Positions 8,362 through 18,161 of a stretch of 41,629 nucleotides of DNA are shown piece after piece. A program made the translations under genes and the position numbers. Under the pieces are notes generated by a model. That model had not been told where the DNA came from. It did no database searches and saw nothing but the letters and a program-made list of their open reading frames with translations. The stretch covers positions 1 to 41,629 of the forward strand of contig JBEKLV010000002.1 of assembly GCA_050008835.1 (NCBI GenBank), written 5' to 3'. The first letter of the stretch is position 1, and the number at the start of each line of letters is the position of its first letter. The DNA is from Bacteroidota bacterium (GTDB lineage: Bacteria > Bacteroidota > Ignavibacteria > UBA10030).

Positions 8362-10920
8362 ATGAAACGCATCCACCAAGACGCAATTCTGTTGTCAATT
8401 CTTCTCACTGCCCTACTTTTTTCCAACACAATTGGACAAGTGAGTCAATACGTTGTTGATGTTAAAGTACCACCGGCTTCTCAGCAAACACCATTATCGA
8501 TCAGTGTCGAGATGACACAGAACGTCCAAATTCAACGGGTGGTGCTCAACTATCGTCAATTTGGCGAAACAGAATATAAAGAACTCGAGATGCTTCTTGC
8601 CGGCCGAACTGCCGTTGCTGCGTTACCAGCCGATGCTGTTATGCCTCCCTATATCGAGTACTATATCAAGTTTCAACTTGCAGATAATACACAAGCAACA
8701 TATCCATCAGAAAATCCTGAAGTCAATCCAATCAAGATTGCAGTAAGGGGAGTGGATCCGAAAGACGCAGAAGTTCGTATACTTAGCCCGGAACCCGGAG
8801 AGACCTTAGCTGCAGAAGATTTGGCAATTGCTATATCATTGATGTTTGTTTCTGATGCAGTCGATAAACAACGAACACGTATCTACCTTGATGGCGCTGA
8901 TGTAACAAAAGAAGCTTTGCTCTCTGACGATGTTATCCTATACAGCCCGAAGAATTTTAACAAACCCCTGAATTTAGGAACACATTCCATTAAGATTGAA
9001 TTGGTGGACACAAAGGGACAGATCTACTATACGAAACAAACAGACTTCAATCTTTCTACAGCTGCTGCTATAGAAGAAGAGAAAAGCTCGTTACAATATA
9101 TGGGCAATGCTCAACTCGAGTTACGGAATGAAAAAATAGATGTCACAAATACATCTTACCAGCGCGCAGATGTTCGTCTTAATGGCACATATAAATTTCT
9201 TACTTTTGGGTACGACATGCACCTGACGAATGAAAACACAGACGACCGTCAGCCGCAAAACCGTTTCCTTGCTACATTGCAGGCGGCAGATTATGCAAAA
9301 GTTCAGGTTGGTGATGCGTACCCGGCGTTCCCGTCGCTGATGATTAGTGGAAAGCGTGTGCGCGGTGTTACAGGTGGGCTGACATTAGGTTTCTTCAACC
9401 TTGATGCTTCTTACGGTCAGACTGAACGCTTTATTGAAGGTACATTAGGCGGACCGGTTTATTATCCCGATTCTTCTACGGCATCAGCTCGCCCGAAAGA
9501 AACAATTTTTCAGGGGCGCGGCGGCTATAATAGCATTACAGGTATGGACACATTGATTTATCGGACATATACAAATGGAACATACAACCGAAAATTTTTA
9601 GCTGTCCGCCCAAGTTTTGGCAGCGGCGAAAATTTCCAGCTTGGTTTTAGTTTAATCAAAGCTACAGATGATACAAATTCCATCAAGTATGGTAATTATC
9701 CAGCTGATAATTTTGTGGGAGGTACCGATCTCCTGATCGCATTTGATAATCAGAGATTTAAGTGGACAACGCAGGTAGCGTTCAGCCTTAATAACACCGA
9801 TATTACAGGCGGGAATTATTCTGACGCTGATTTTAAGCAATATAAATTGTCAAGTTTATCAAGTACAGCGACAGCCGACGATTCAGCAAAAGCATTAAAA
9901 GATGCGCAGGATTTAATTAATCTTGCAAAATTGGGTCGCAACTTTATTATCGTAAATCCTAACATGTCGCCACTTGATCCTACGAGCGGATTTCCATCGT
10001 TAGCTGTTGAATCTGAATTGATATTGAACTATTTCAATAATTATATCAGGGCTCTGGCATTCCGACGCGGCGCAAATTACACATCGTTTGGGAATGAATA
10101 TGTTCAAACAGATATCGCTGGTTTGAATCTTTCTGACCGCATTCGATTGTTTGATAACAGGGCAATGACAAGTTTTTCGTACGAGACGAAGTGGAATAAC
10201 ATTAAGAACGATAATACCAAACCACGAACAACGTTCAACACCTTCAATGGATCGGTGACAGCTTACCCGGGTGTGAATCTGCCTACCTTGACTGTCGGTT
10301 ATGGTTTCAACACGCGAAAGAATCCAATTCAGCTTCATCTGGACACTGTTTTGATAGCTATGGCAGATACTGCATTTCCATCAACAAAATTGGATTCATC
10401 AAACTGTGCAGATGAGAAAACTAATCGTTTCTTCTTCGCAGCAAATTATGACTTTAACCTTTTTGCACATCAGAGCTTGAGTGCAACCGTAAGCATAGCT
10501 AATAAAGTAGATAATACATTTAATTTGCGCAATCAGGATAACGTAACTGCCGCTGCCTCCCTAACAACAGTCTATAGAATACCGCTGCAAACAACAATAG
10601 CTGTTATTGTGAGTCATAATGCCACATATTCTGCGATGCAAGATTCAGTAACGAAACAATATCTTAGCACAACAAATAAACAAGCGTTCGATTATCAAAC
10701 AATTTCGTTTAGCGCGCGGTACCGATTATTTAATGAGCGGCTCAATATCCTTGCAACGTTGGCACCTTCTTATGGTGATTTCAAACGGTTCTTGATACAA
10801 GGCGGTATAGATTATCAAGTGATGGACAACCATTATATTGTTGGCCAGGTTGAAGTAATTCAAAATCCAAGTAAAAATAACGACGTTATTGCAAGTATTA
10901 TATATCGATTTAATTTCTAA
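8362..10920 (+). CDS. Large outer-membrane beta-barrel protein with an N-terminal copy of the EYY repeat domain
   Basis: The ATG at 8362 follows GAGGGGA. Signal peptide MKRIHQDAILLSILLTALLFS. The N-terminal domain carries PPYIEYYIKF...YPSENPEVNPIKIAV. About 600 aa of alternating amphipathic strands follow, and the C-terminus ...IIYRFNF looks like an OMP beta-signal. I saw no TonB box or plug. Confidence 0.6.
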   Translation: MKRIHQDAILLSILLTALLFSNTIGQVSQYVVDVKVPPASQQTPLSISVEMTQNVQIQRVVLNYRQFGETEYKELEMLLAGRTAVAALPADAVMPPYIEYYIKFQLADNTQATYPSENPEVNPIKIAVRGVDPKDAEVRILSPEPGETLAAEDLAIAISLMFVSDAVDKQRTRIYLDGADVTKEALLSDDVILYSPKNFNKPLNLGTHSIKIELVDTKGQIYYTKQTDFNLSTAAAIEEEKSSLQYMGNAQLELRNEKIDVTNTSYQRADVRLNGTYKFLTFGYDMHLTNENTDDRQPQNRFLATLQAADYAKVQVGDAYPAFPSLMISGKRVRGVTGGLTLGFFNLDASYGQTERFIEGTLGGPVYYPDSSTASARPKETIFQGRGGYNSITGMDTLIYRTYTNGTYNRKFLAVRPSFGSGENFQLGFSLIKATDDTNSIKYGNYPADNFVGGTDLLIAFDNQRFKWTTQVAFSLNNTDITGGNYSDADFKQYKLSSLSSTATADDSAKALKDAQDLINLAKLGRNFIIVNPNMSPLDPTSGFPSLAVESELILNYFNNYIRALAFRRGANYTSFGNEYVQTDIAGLNLSDRIRLFDNRAMTSFSYETKWNNIKNDNTKPRTTFNTFNGSVTAYPGVNLPTLTVGYGFNTRKNPIQLHLDTVLIAMADTAFPSTKLDSSNCADEKTNRFFFAANYDFNLFAHQSLSATVSIANKVDNTFNLRNQDNVTAAASLTTVYRIPLQTTIAVIVSHNATYSAMQDSVTKQYLSTTNKQAFDYQTISFSARYRLFNERLNILATLAPSYGDFKRFLIQGGIDYQVMDNHYIVGQVEVIQNPSKNNDVIASIIYRFNF

Positions 10921-10943
10921 TAAATTACGCATTGTTTGTTACT

Positions 10944-10981
10944 TCCCGCTTCTTTCCATCGTAAATGAGAAGCGGGATTAT
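10944..10981 (+). terminator. Stem-loop after the barrel gene
   Basis: Perfect 10-bp stem: tcccgcttct (10944-10953) with agaagcggga (10968-10977). The loop is 14 nt and the trailing T tract is weak. Confidence 0.45.
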
Positions 10982-11013
10982 TCCTCTCGCTCACCTCAAA
11001 AGGAATCAGAATT

Positions 11014-13221
11014 ATGACTTCCTATGAATTCAAAAGAAAAATATTGCCGCTCCTTGTGAAGCTGTCAATCGGTATCGGCATAGGCGTCTTCGTCATTATC
11101 ATCGGACAAGGATGGCTCTTCGAGCTGAACTTTCTAAAGAATATCGATTTGTTGACAATTGATCTACGCTACCAAAGCAGATACGAACGTACCGAGCAGA
11201 CACGCGATCTACAGAAAGACGGCGACATTGTTATCATCGGCATATCGGATGATGATCGAAAAGCACTCATTGATCCTTTTCCTTTCCCTCGTTCGTACTA
11301 TGCACATATCGTTGAAAACCTTGAACACGCTGGTGCCCGCGTTATCGTCTTTGATATAACCATGGACGATTCCAGTAAAGTCGCTGTGAACGATAGCCTC
11401 CTGCGCCAAACATTGCAAAAGTATAACAACATCGTTATTGCAACAACGGTTGGGTATACACAATCGAATAAATTTGCGGAGGTACGAGCCACTGAACCAA
11501 CTTATGATAATCAGTTCTATGGCGTTGATAAAAATATCGGTGCAACAAACATCATCAAAGATCGTGACGATGTGTGCCGATCATATCTGCCTTTGTTGGA
11601 AATAAAGGGATGGGGCACACCAACGCTCGCTTTTGCTGCTCTTAACAGATATTTCAAACTTAAACCTGGTACGTTGGTCGATTTCAGTAATGAAAAATAT
11701 TTTCTGTTGAAGGATAGGAACATTCCCCGCAACGGTACCACCTTTATGCTTAGTTACTACGGCCCAAGCGGAACTTTCCGCTATATCCCTTTTTCACAGG
11801 TTATCGATGACTCAACATTCCAAACAAAAGATGAAGCAGAGATGGGTGAACCCATTAATGCATTCGATGCCAGTACAATTGCGTTGCTGAAGAATAAGAT
11901 TGTTCTTATTGGTTCAGTCATGCCCGAGGAGCATGATTATCACAATGTGCCTTTGTATAAAGAAGAGGGTGGAAAAAAGAATTATGCAATGAACGGTGTG
12001 GAAATCCATGCAACAGCCATTCAGAACGTTATCGACAAGAACTTCATCACGACAGCTGATCCTGCAATCGAAAACATTGTTATAATTTTTCTCTCGCTCA
12101 TCGGCTTCTTCGGCATGCTCTCATTGAAACAGATCCACATTAAGCATATGTGGCTGCTGGAAATCGGAGCATTTCTTTTAACCATAGTTCTCGTTGGTGC
12201 AGTGTTCGAAGCTTCCATAATTGTGTTTAGTAATAATAATGTATTAATGAATGTTGTTAATCCAAGTCTTGCCATTGTATTCGCATATTTCGGCACAGCT
12301 GTTTATCAATACTTGACCGAACGACAGCAAAAAGCCGTTATTAAAAATATGTTCGGCCATTATATTAATCCTGCTGTAGTGAACGAATTGGTTACAAATC
12401 CAGAGAAGGCAAAGCTCGGCGGCGATCGCCGCGAACTGACAGTGTTCTTCACCGATATAGCCAGCTTCACAAGTATCTCGGAGCAATACCATGCTAAACC
12501 TGAAGGATTGGTGGCACTGCTTAACGAATACTTAGATGAGATGACGCGCATTGTGCTTAAGTATGAAGGAACGCTAGACAAATATGAAGGTGACGCGATT
12601 ATGGCATTCTGGGGCGCACCGCTTCCGCAAAAAGATCATGCGCTTCGGACATGTCTTGCAGCATTAGAGATGCAGAAACGTCTGCAAGTACTCAGACCAA
12701 AATGGATAAAGGAAGGCAAACCTCCTCTCTTTGTGCGGATGGGTGTCAACACTGGCATCGTGATTGTCGGCAACATGGGCGGCCGAGACAGGTTTGACTA
12801 CACCGTTATCGGCGACAGTGTAAACCTTGCTTCACGACTTGAAGGCGCCAATAAACAATACAAATCGAATATTATGATCAGCGAATTTACCTATACGCAT
12901 GTAAAGAGCAAGGTTGTTGTACGAGAACTTGATTTGATTCAAGTGAAAGGCAAGACAGAACCAGTTAAGGTGTACGAACTACTCGGTACCGCGGACATGG
13001 AGATGACCGAAAACCAGAAACAGGCGTTGGAAATGTATCATGAGGGATTAAAATTGTACCGTGCAAGGAAATGGGAAGAAGCGATTGCTTATATGCAGCA
13101 GGCATATACATTAGACGAGACCTGTTTTGTTGCACAGATGTATACAGAGCGTGCAAACTTGTATCAAATTACTCCGCCACCGGCTGAATGGAACGGCGTT
13201 TTTGTAATGACGACAAAGTAA
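11014..13221 (+). CDS. CHASE2 sensor-domain class III adenylate/guanylate cyclase
   Basis: One N-terminal TM helix, a periplasmic region of about 300 aa, then three TM helices, which is the CHASE2 topology. The cyclase domain contains ELTVFFTDIASFTSISE, KYEGDAIMAFWGAP and VIGDSVNLASRLEG. The C-terminal tail is TPR-like. Confidence 0.85.
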   Translation: MTSYEFKRKILPLLVKLSIGIGIGVFVIIIGQGWLFELNFLKNIDLLTIDLRYQSRYERTEQTRDLQKDGDIVIIGISDDDRKALIDPFPFPRSYYAHIVENLEHAGARVIVFDITMDDSSKVAVNDSLLRQTLQKYNNIVIATTVGYTQSNKFAEVRATEPTYDNQFYGVDKNIGATNIIKDRDDVCRSYLPLLEIKGWGTPTLAFAALNRYFKLKPGTLVDFSNEKYFLLKDRNIPRNGTTFMLSYYGPSGTFRYIPFSQVIDDSTFQTKDEAEMGEPINAFDASTIALLKNKIVLIGSVMPEEHDYHNVPLYKEEGGKKNYAMNGVEIHATAIQNVIDKNFITTADPAIENIVIIFLSLIGFFGMLSLKQIHIKHMWLLEIGAFLLTIVLVGAVFEASIIVFSNNNVLMNVVNPSLAIVFAYFGTAVYQYLTERQQKAVIKNMFGHYINPAVVNELVTNPEKAKLGGDRRELTVFFTDIASFTSISEQYHAKPEGLVALLNEYLDEMTRIVLKYEGTLDKYEGDAIMAFWGAPLPQKDHALRTCLAALEMQKRLQVLRPKWIKEGKPPLFVRMGVNTGIVIVGNMGGRDRFDYTVIGDSVNLASRLEGANKQYKSNIMISEFTYTHVKSKVVVRELDLIQVKGKTEPVKVYELLGTADMEMTENQKQALEMYHEGLKLYRARKWEEAIAYMQQAYTLDETCFVAQMYTERANLYQITPPPAEWNGVFVMTTK

Positions 13222-13260
13222 TTAAGTTTTGAGTCGCTGAGTAAATGAGTAATAAAAACG

Positions 13261-13295
13261 AAGCCCGATTCTGTGGTTATGGAATCGGGCTTTTA
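13261..13295. terminator. Bidirectional intrinsic terminator between convergent cyclase and malic enzyme genes
   Basis: Perfect 11-bp stem: aagcccgattc (13261-13271) with gaatcgggctt (13282-13292). It is flanked by an A-run upstream and ttt downstream. Confidence 0.8.
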
Positions 13296-13373
13296 GGTTT
13301 ATGAACCACAAATGCTGTTTGTTTTATCTTAGCAAAACAAGTTTTATTGTTTCTATGAATAAAACAGTCGGCT

Positions 13374-14840
13374 TTATGTAACTGATTCAATTGCTTTCTT
13401 CACTGCTTTTTCAATAAATGCCATATCGGGTTTTTTTATAAAATTTTCTTTCATCAACAAGTCTAATATACTACGCGCCTCCTTTATGTCGTTAAGTGTT
13501 GCATCATAAATCTCTTTGTGGCTGAGTTGGATTCGCGCAACACCCTGCTTAATAGCCTGCGTGCCAACATCAGCGGCTTCTTGAGCAAATACTTCAGTTT
13601 CTTCCATTGTAGGCATGATATAATCAGGATTGAGGCCTTTTTTCATTGCAAAATTTGCCATAGAATATGCTGCAGTAATTGCCATTTCATCTGTTATCTT
13701 TCTTGCACGCACCATGAGTGCACCTTTCAAAATTCCGGGAAAGCCCATCGAATTGTTCACTTGATTGGGGAAATCACCGCGTCCGGTGGCGACGATGTAA
13801 GCGCCCGCTTCCTTAGCAGCGTACGGATATATTTCAGGAACCGGATTTGCACAAGCGAAGACGATTGACTTCTTTGCCATTTTTTGTATCCATGTTCGTT
13901 TAATAACGTCGGGGCCAGGTTTGCTTAATGCAATGAGAACATCTGCATCGGTTACAGCCGTTTCGATGTCTTCGATACACGATGGATTTGTTGTCTGGCA
14001 GAGTTCCCACTTACGGTAAAATGCTTTGTCTGCCTCGATATCCTTACGATTTTTGTGAAGTGCACTTTTCGTATCAAACATGATTACTTTATGCGGATCG
14101 GCTCCGTTTTTTAATATCAATCGGGCAATCGTAGTATTTGATGCTCCTGCACCAAAGAAGACTATCTTCACATTCTTCATATCCTTACCGACAATGCGAA
14201 GGGCGTTGATTAATCCTGCAAGCGTCACGCTGCCAGTACCTTGAGCATCATCATGCCACACGGGAATATTGCATTCCTCGCGCAGCGTATCAAGTACTTT
14301 AAAACAATTTGGCTGAGAAATATCTTCGAGGTTTACAGCTCCGAAGCTTGGCTCCAGCATTTTAACAAATTCAATGATTTTATCTGGATCATGATCGCCT
14401 TTTGCATTGATAGAGTTAATGCAGAGCGCGACAGCATCGACACCGCCAAGGTATTTCATGAGAAGTCCTTTTCCCTCCATCACGCCTAATCCTCCGGGGG
14501 GCGTGCAATCACCATCACCAAGAACACGTGTTGAATCAGAAACGATGGCAACTAAATTTCCACGATTTGATAGATCGAACGAAGTGTCGTTGTTGTCACG
14601 AATCGTAGTAGAGATTTTTGAAACGCCAGGTGTATACCAGACATTAAACCAGTTAAATCCATAAATTCCTGCTTTTGGTATTGTCGCTATTTTTCCTCTA
14701 TAAAATTTATGGCATAAAAGCGAAAGCTCTTTCAAAAAAAAGGTTTTTGCCTTTGCTTTTTGCTCTTCACTGAAATTCTCTGGAAAGAGGTTGTTTAAAT
14801 TCTTAAGTGCTAAATCGAAATTTTGCATAACATTCTCCAT
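13374..14840 (-). CDS. NAD(P)-dependent malic enzyme (short form, no PTA domain)
   Basis: Malic enzyme core SDSTRVLGDGDCTPPGGLGVMEGKGLLMKYLGGVDA, a Rossmann motif FFGAGASN, and ATGRGDFPNQVNNSMGFPG. Confidence 0.85.
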   Translation of the reverse strand: MENVMQNFDLALKNLNNLFPENFSEEQKAKAKTFFLKELSLLCHKFYRGKIATIPKAGIYGFNWFNVWYTPGVSKISTTIRDNNDTSFDLSNRGNLVAIVSDSTRVLGDGDCTPPGGLGVMEGKGLLMKYLGGVDAVALCINSINAKGDHDPDKIIEFVKMLEPSFGAVNLEDISQPNCFKVLDTLREECNIPVWHDDAQGTGSVTLAGLINALRIVGKDMKNVKIVFFGAGASNTTIARLILKNGADPHKVIMFDTKSALHKNRKDIEADKAFYRKWELCQTTNPSCIEDIETAVTDADVLIALSKPGPDVIKRTWIQKMAKKSIVFACANPVPEIYPYAAKEAGAYIVATGRGDFPNQVNNSMGFPGILKGALMVRARKITDEMAITAAYSMANFAMKKGLNPDYIMPTMEETEVFAQEAADVGTQAIKQGVARIQLSHKEIYDATLNDIKEARSILDLLMKENFIKKPDMAFIEKAVKKAIESVT

Positions 14841-15245
14841 AAAATAGATTAAGTATTATTAGATATTAGAATTACTTTAGTTTTTTTTCCTTCTATAATC
14901 AAGCTATGGAAAAAGTCTTGTGGTTTGCATCATAATGGAAAGATAAATATATATATGCCTTTCAATAGACTTCCGCTTTTGATGAGAAAATAATTGTAGG
15001 TATATTGTCACAATTTCAGAAACACCATATATTGGAAAAGTTTTCCCTATTTATGAGCTTTGGATGAATTGATGAAAATCAAAGTGAAAAAACAATGAGT
15101 TGCAATGACGATGGAGCCATATTGCAATAGTGCTTCAATTCATTTATTTTAGCACTTACCGCTTTCAGGAAAGCTGTTCTGTAATCTTCCTAAAAGTGCC
15201 AAGCACCCTTTTTTTCTTTTGAAATATAGCACTTAAGTCGTTCTA

Positions 15246-15277
15246 TCAAGTAATGCGTAATGTGGCACATTACTTGA
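15246..15277. promoter_or_regulatory. 10-bp perfect inverted repeat about 75 bp upstream of the kor operon (candidate operator)
   Basis: tcaagtaatg (15246-15255) and cattacttga (15268-15277) are separated by 12 nt. The site lies in a 512-bp divergent intergenic region. Confidence 0.25.
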
Positions 15278-15352
15278 ACGTTATATAAAAACCAATATGC
15301 GATTTCTTATTTAATTAATCGGTCAACGAAAAAAAATCCACCGGAGTATTAA

Positions 15353-15598
15353 ATGATTCGAGGAACAATTATTGTTGCAACGGAAATTTGCAAAGCGTGC
15401 GAGTTGTGTATTACGGCGTGTCCGCAGGATTGTTTGGAGTTGTCACCATACTTAAATTCGAAGGGTTACCGCTATATACAATTGAAGAATGATTCTTGTA
15501 CCGGATGTATCAATTGCGCCATTGTTTGCCCCGACAGTGCTATAACAGTGTACCGTCAAATAAAAGCAACTAAATCAGATGTGCAAAAATCCCATTAA
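15353..15598 (+). CDS. korD: 2-oxoacid:ferredoxin oxidoreductase delta subunit (2x[4Fe-4S] ferredoxin)
   Basis: Two CxxCxxCxxxCP motifs (CKACELCITACP and CTGCINCAIVCP). The gene is 81 aa and sits first in a D-A-B-C order like oorDABC. Confidence 0.75.
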   Translation: MIRGTIIVATEICKACELCITACPQDCLELSPYLNSKGYRYIQLKNDSCTGCINCAIVCPDSAITVYRQIKATKSDVQKSH

Positions 15599-15650
15599 AT
15601 AATAGCGGGTAATTTTGAAAAAAATTATTAACTCAAGAATTGTAAACGAC

Positions 15651-16745
15651 ATGGCCGGTGGAAACGGAAAATCTAACACTCGATTGATGAAGGGTAATGA
15701 AGCGCTTGCTGAAGCTGCATTGCGTGCAGGTATGCAGGCTTACTTTGGATATCCCATTACTCCGCAAACGGAAGTAATGGAGTATCTTGCAATTCAGCAG
15801 CCAAACTATCCGGGCGTTGTGATACTGCAAGCAGAGAGCGAGCTTGCAGCGATCAATATGGTGCATGGCGCTTCTGGCGCCGGCGCGCGTGCAATGATAT
15901 CATCATCCAGCCCCGGCATCAGCTTGATGCAGGAATGTCTTTCCTATATGGCGTCAGCACAGCTACCGGCAGTGATTGTAAATGTTCAGCGAGGCGGCCC
16001 CGGTCTTGGTACTATTCAGCCATCGCAGGCAGATTATTTTCAAGCAGTAAAAGGCGGCGGTCATGGTGATTATCATCTCATTGTCCTTGCACCATCGTCC
16101 GTGCAGGAAATGGTGGATTTTGTATTCGACGCGTTTCGTTTAACAGAGAAATACCGTAATCCAGCAATGATTCTTGCCGACGGTGCACTCGGTCAGATGA
16201 TGGAGAAGGTTACATTGCCTGCAGCGGGTTCTTTGCCAAAAACAAATTCCCCATGGGCAACGATAGGCAAACCGAATTCGCGCGAAAGAAATATTATTAC
16301 TTCTCTTTTTATCCAGCCAGAGCGAATGGAGAAATTAAATTTAGTTTTGCAGGAAAAATACCAACAACTGCAAAAAGAAGTTCGGTGGGAAGAATTCCAG
16401 ACTGAAGATGCAGATATTGTGCTTGTCGCGTTCGGATTAACATCCCGCATTTGTGGCAAGACTATGAACCTTGCTCGCGAAAAAGGATTAAAGGTCGGAT
16501 TGCTTCGTCCCATCACGCTGTATCCATTTCCAACAGATGCGCTTGCAGAGTTAGCAAAGCATGCAAAAGTATTTCTGACGGTTGAGATGAATGCAGGACA
16601 AATGGTGGAAGACGTGCGGCTTGCAATCAACGGCAAATGCCCGGTACATTTCTACGGACGGATGGGCGGAATGATCCCGTCACCTGAAGAAGTGCTGGCA
16701 CAGGTGGAATCAATTGCTGGAGAATTTCAAACGGCTCATGCGTGA
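15651..16745 (+). CDS. korA: 2-oxoglutarate/2-oxoacid:ferredoxin oxidoreductase alpha subunit
   Basis: GNEALAEAALRAG...YFGYPITPQTE N-terminal signature. The start is ambiguous between the ATG at 15651 and the TTG at 15615. Confidence 0.85.
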   Translation: MAGGNGKSNTRLMKGNEALAEAALRAGMQAYFGYPITPQTEVMEYLAIQQPNYPGVVILQAESELAAINMVHGASGAGARAMISSSSPGISLMQECLSYMASAQLPAVIVNVQRGGPGLGTIQPSQADYFQAVKGGGHGDYHLIVLAPSSVQEMVDFVFDAFRLTEKYRNPAMILADGALGQMMEKVTLPAAGSLPKTNSPWATIGKPNSRERNIITSLFIQPERMEKLNLVLQEKYQQLQKEVRWEEFQTEDADIVLVAFGLTSRICGKTMNLAREKGLKVGLLRPITLYPFPTDALAELAKHAKVFLTVEMNAGQMVEDVRLAINGKCPVHFYGRMGGMIPSPEEVLAQVESIAGEFQTAHA

Positions 16746-16755
16746 GGATAAAAAA

Positions 16756-17523
16756 ATGGAAACAGCAGCAAAAATTGATGGATTAGAAGTAGTTTATGCA
16801 AAGCCTAAAACGCTTACCGATATACCGACACACTATTGCCCGGGATGTGGGCATGGAGTAGTGCATAAAATCCTGATGGAAGTTATTGAGGAAATGAATA
16901 TTCAGGAAGAAACTATCGGCGTGGCACCAGTTGGATGCGCTGTGTTTGCGTACGATTATATGAACATAGATATGCAGGAAGCGGCGCACGGACGCGCAAG
17001 CGCAGTAGCGACAGGGGTCAAGCGTGTTCTTCCCAATAAATATGTTTTTTCTTATCAAGGTGATGGTGATCTTGCGGCAATTGGCACTGGCGAAACAATT
17101 CATACGGTCAACCGCGGTGAAAATATTCTCATGCTCTTCGTCAATAACGGTATATACGGAATGACAGGCGGTCAAATGGCTCCGACATCAATATTGGGCA
17201 TGAAAACGACAACGTCACCATTTGGACGCGAAGCAGTTACGATGGGCAATCCGTTGAAGATTACAGAATTAATTGCACAGCTTCCAGGTGCGTACTACGT
17301 TTCACGTCACTCGGTACATAATACGTTAGCTGTACGTAAGTTGAAAAAAGCGATTTCTGCATCATTCAAATACCAAAAAGAAAAAAAAGGAACCTGTTTT
17401 ATCGAAGTTGTTTCTAATTGCCCGTCCGGTTGGAAAATGACGCCGGTAGAGTCCAATGAATGGTTGGAGAAAAACATGTTTCCAATTTACCCACTTGGCG
17501 ATATTAAAGTTCCAAAGAGTTAG
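16756..17523 (+). CDS. korB: 2-oxoacid:ferredoxin oxidoreductase beta subunit (TPP-binding)
   Basis: YCPGCGHG motif and the TPP motif GDGDLAAIGTGE...NNGIYGMTGGQ. The ATG at 16756 follows GAGGA. The TTG at 16714 in the ORF track would overlap korA. Confidence 0.85.
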   Translation: METAAKIDGLEVVYAKPKTLTDIPTHYCPGCGHGVVHKILMEVIEEMNIQEETIGVAPVGCAVFAYDYMNIDMQEAAHGRASAVATGVKRVLPNKYVFSYQGDGDLAAIGTGETIHTVNRGENILMLFVNNGIYGMTGGQMAPTSILGMKTTTSPFGREAVTMGNPLKITELIAQLPGAYYVSRHSVHNTLAVRKLKKAISASFKYQKEKKGTCFIEVVSNCPSGWKMTPVESNEWLEKNMFPIYPLGDIKVPKS

Positions 17524-17585
17524 TTTGGAAAATCATAGAATTTGTAGCATGGTGAAATAATAATTTCTTAGATAACAAAGCGACT

Positions 17586-18161
17586 ATGAATAAAAGTATG
17601 ACTCAAGAAATAATTATTGCCGGCTTTGGCGGTCAGGGCGTTCTTTCAATGGGGCAAATCATTGCTTACGCTGCAATGGAAGGAAACAAAGAAGTAAGTT
17701 GGATGCCCTCCTACGGTCCCGAGATGCGAGGCGGCACAGCAAATTGCACAGTAATAGTTTCTGCTTCACGCATCAGTTCTCCTATTATCACAAAGTTTGA
17801 CACTGCAATTATATTAAATCAGCCATCAATTGAAAAATTTGAAAATGCAGTGAAACCAGGCGGCATCTTGATCTATGAAAAATCCACTATCCTCCATCCG
17901 CCTGCGAGAAAAAATATTGAAGTTCTTGCTATTCCAGGATTAGAAGAGGCTCAAAAACTCAAGAGTAAACAAGTAGCAAACATGGTGTTACTCGGCGCTT
18001 ACCTCGAACTGTGTCCGATTGTAAAGTTAGAACATGTAATAAGTGCTTTGCACAATGTTCTACCTCCGCACAGACAGCATTTAATTCCCCTCAATGAACA
18101 AGCTTTAGCGCGGGGTAAGGATTTGGCAATAACAGCAGCGATTAAAATGGCGGCACGATGA
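17586..18161 (+). CDS. korC: 2-oxoacid:ferredoxin oxidoreductase gamma subunit
   Basis: IIIAGFGGQGVLSMGQ and SYGPEMRGGTANC signatures. Confidence 0.85.
   Translation: MNKSMTQEIIIAGFGGQGVLSMGQIIAYAAMEGNKEVSWMPSYGPEMRGGTANCTVIVSASRISSPIITKFDTAIILNQPSIEKFENAVKPGGILIYEKSTILHPPARKNIEVLAIPGLEEAQKLKSKQVANMVLLGAYLELCPIVKLEHVISALHNVLPPHRQHLIPLNEQALARGKDLAITAAIKMAAR

Noticed and set aside
16193-17175. 147-aa and 130-aa minus-strand ORFs inside korA and korB
   Set aside because: They are antisense shadows of genes with unambiguous TPP and OFOR motifs.
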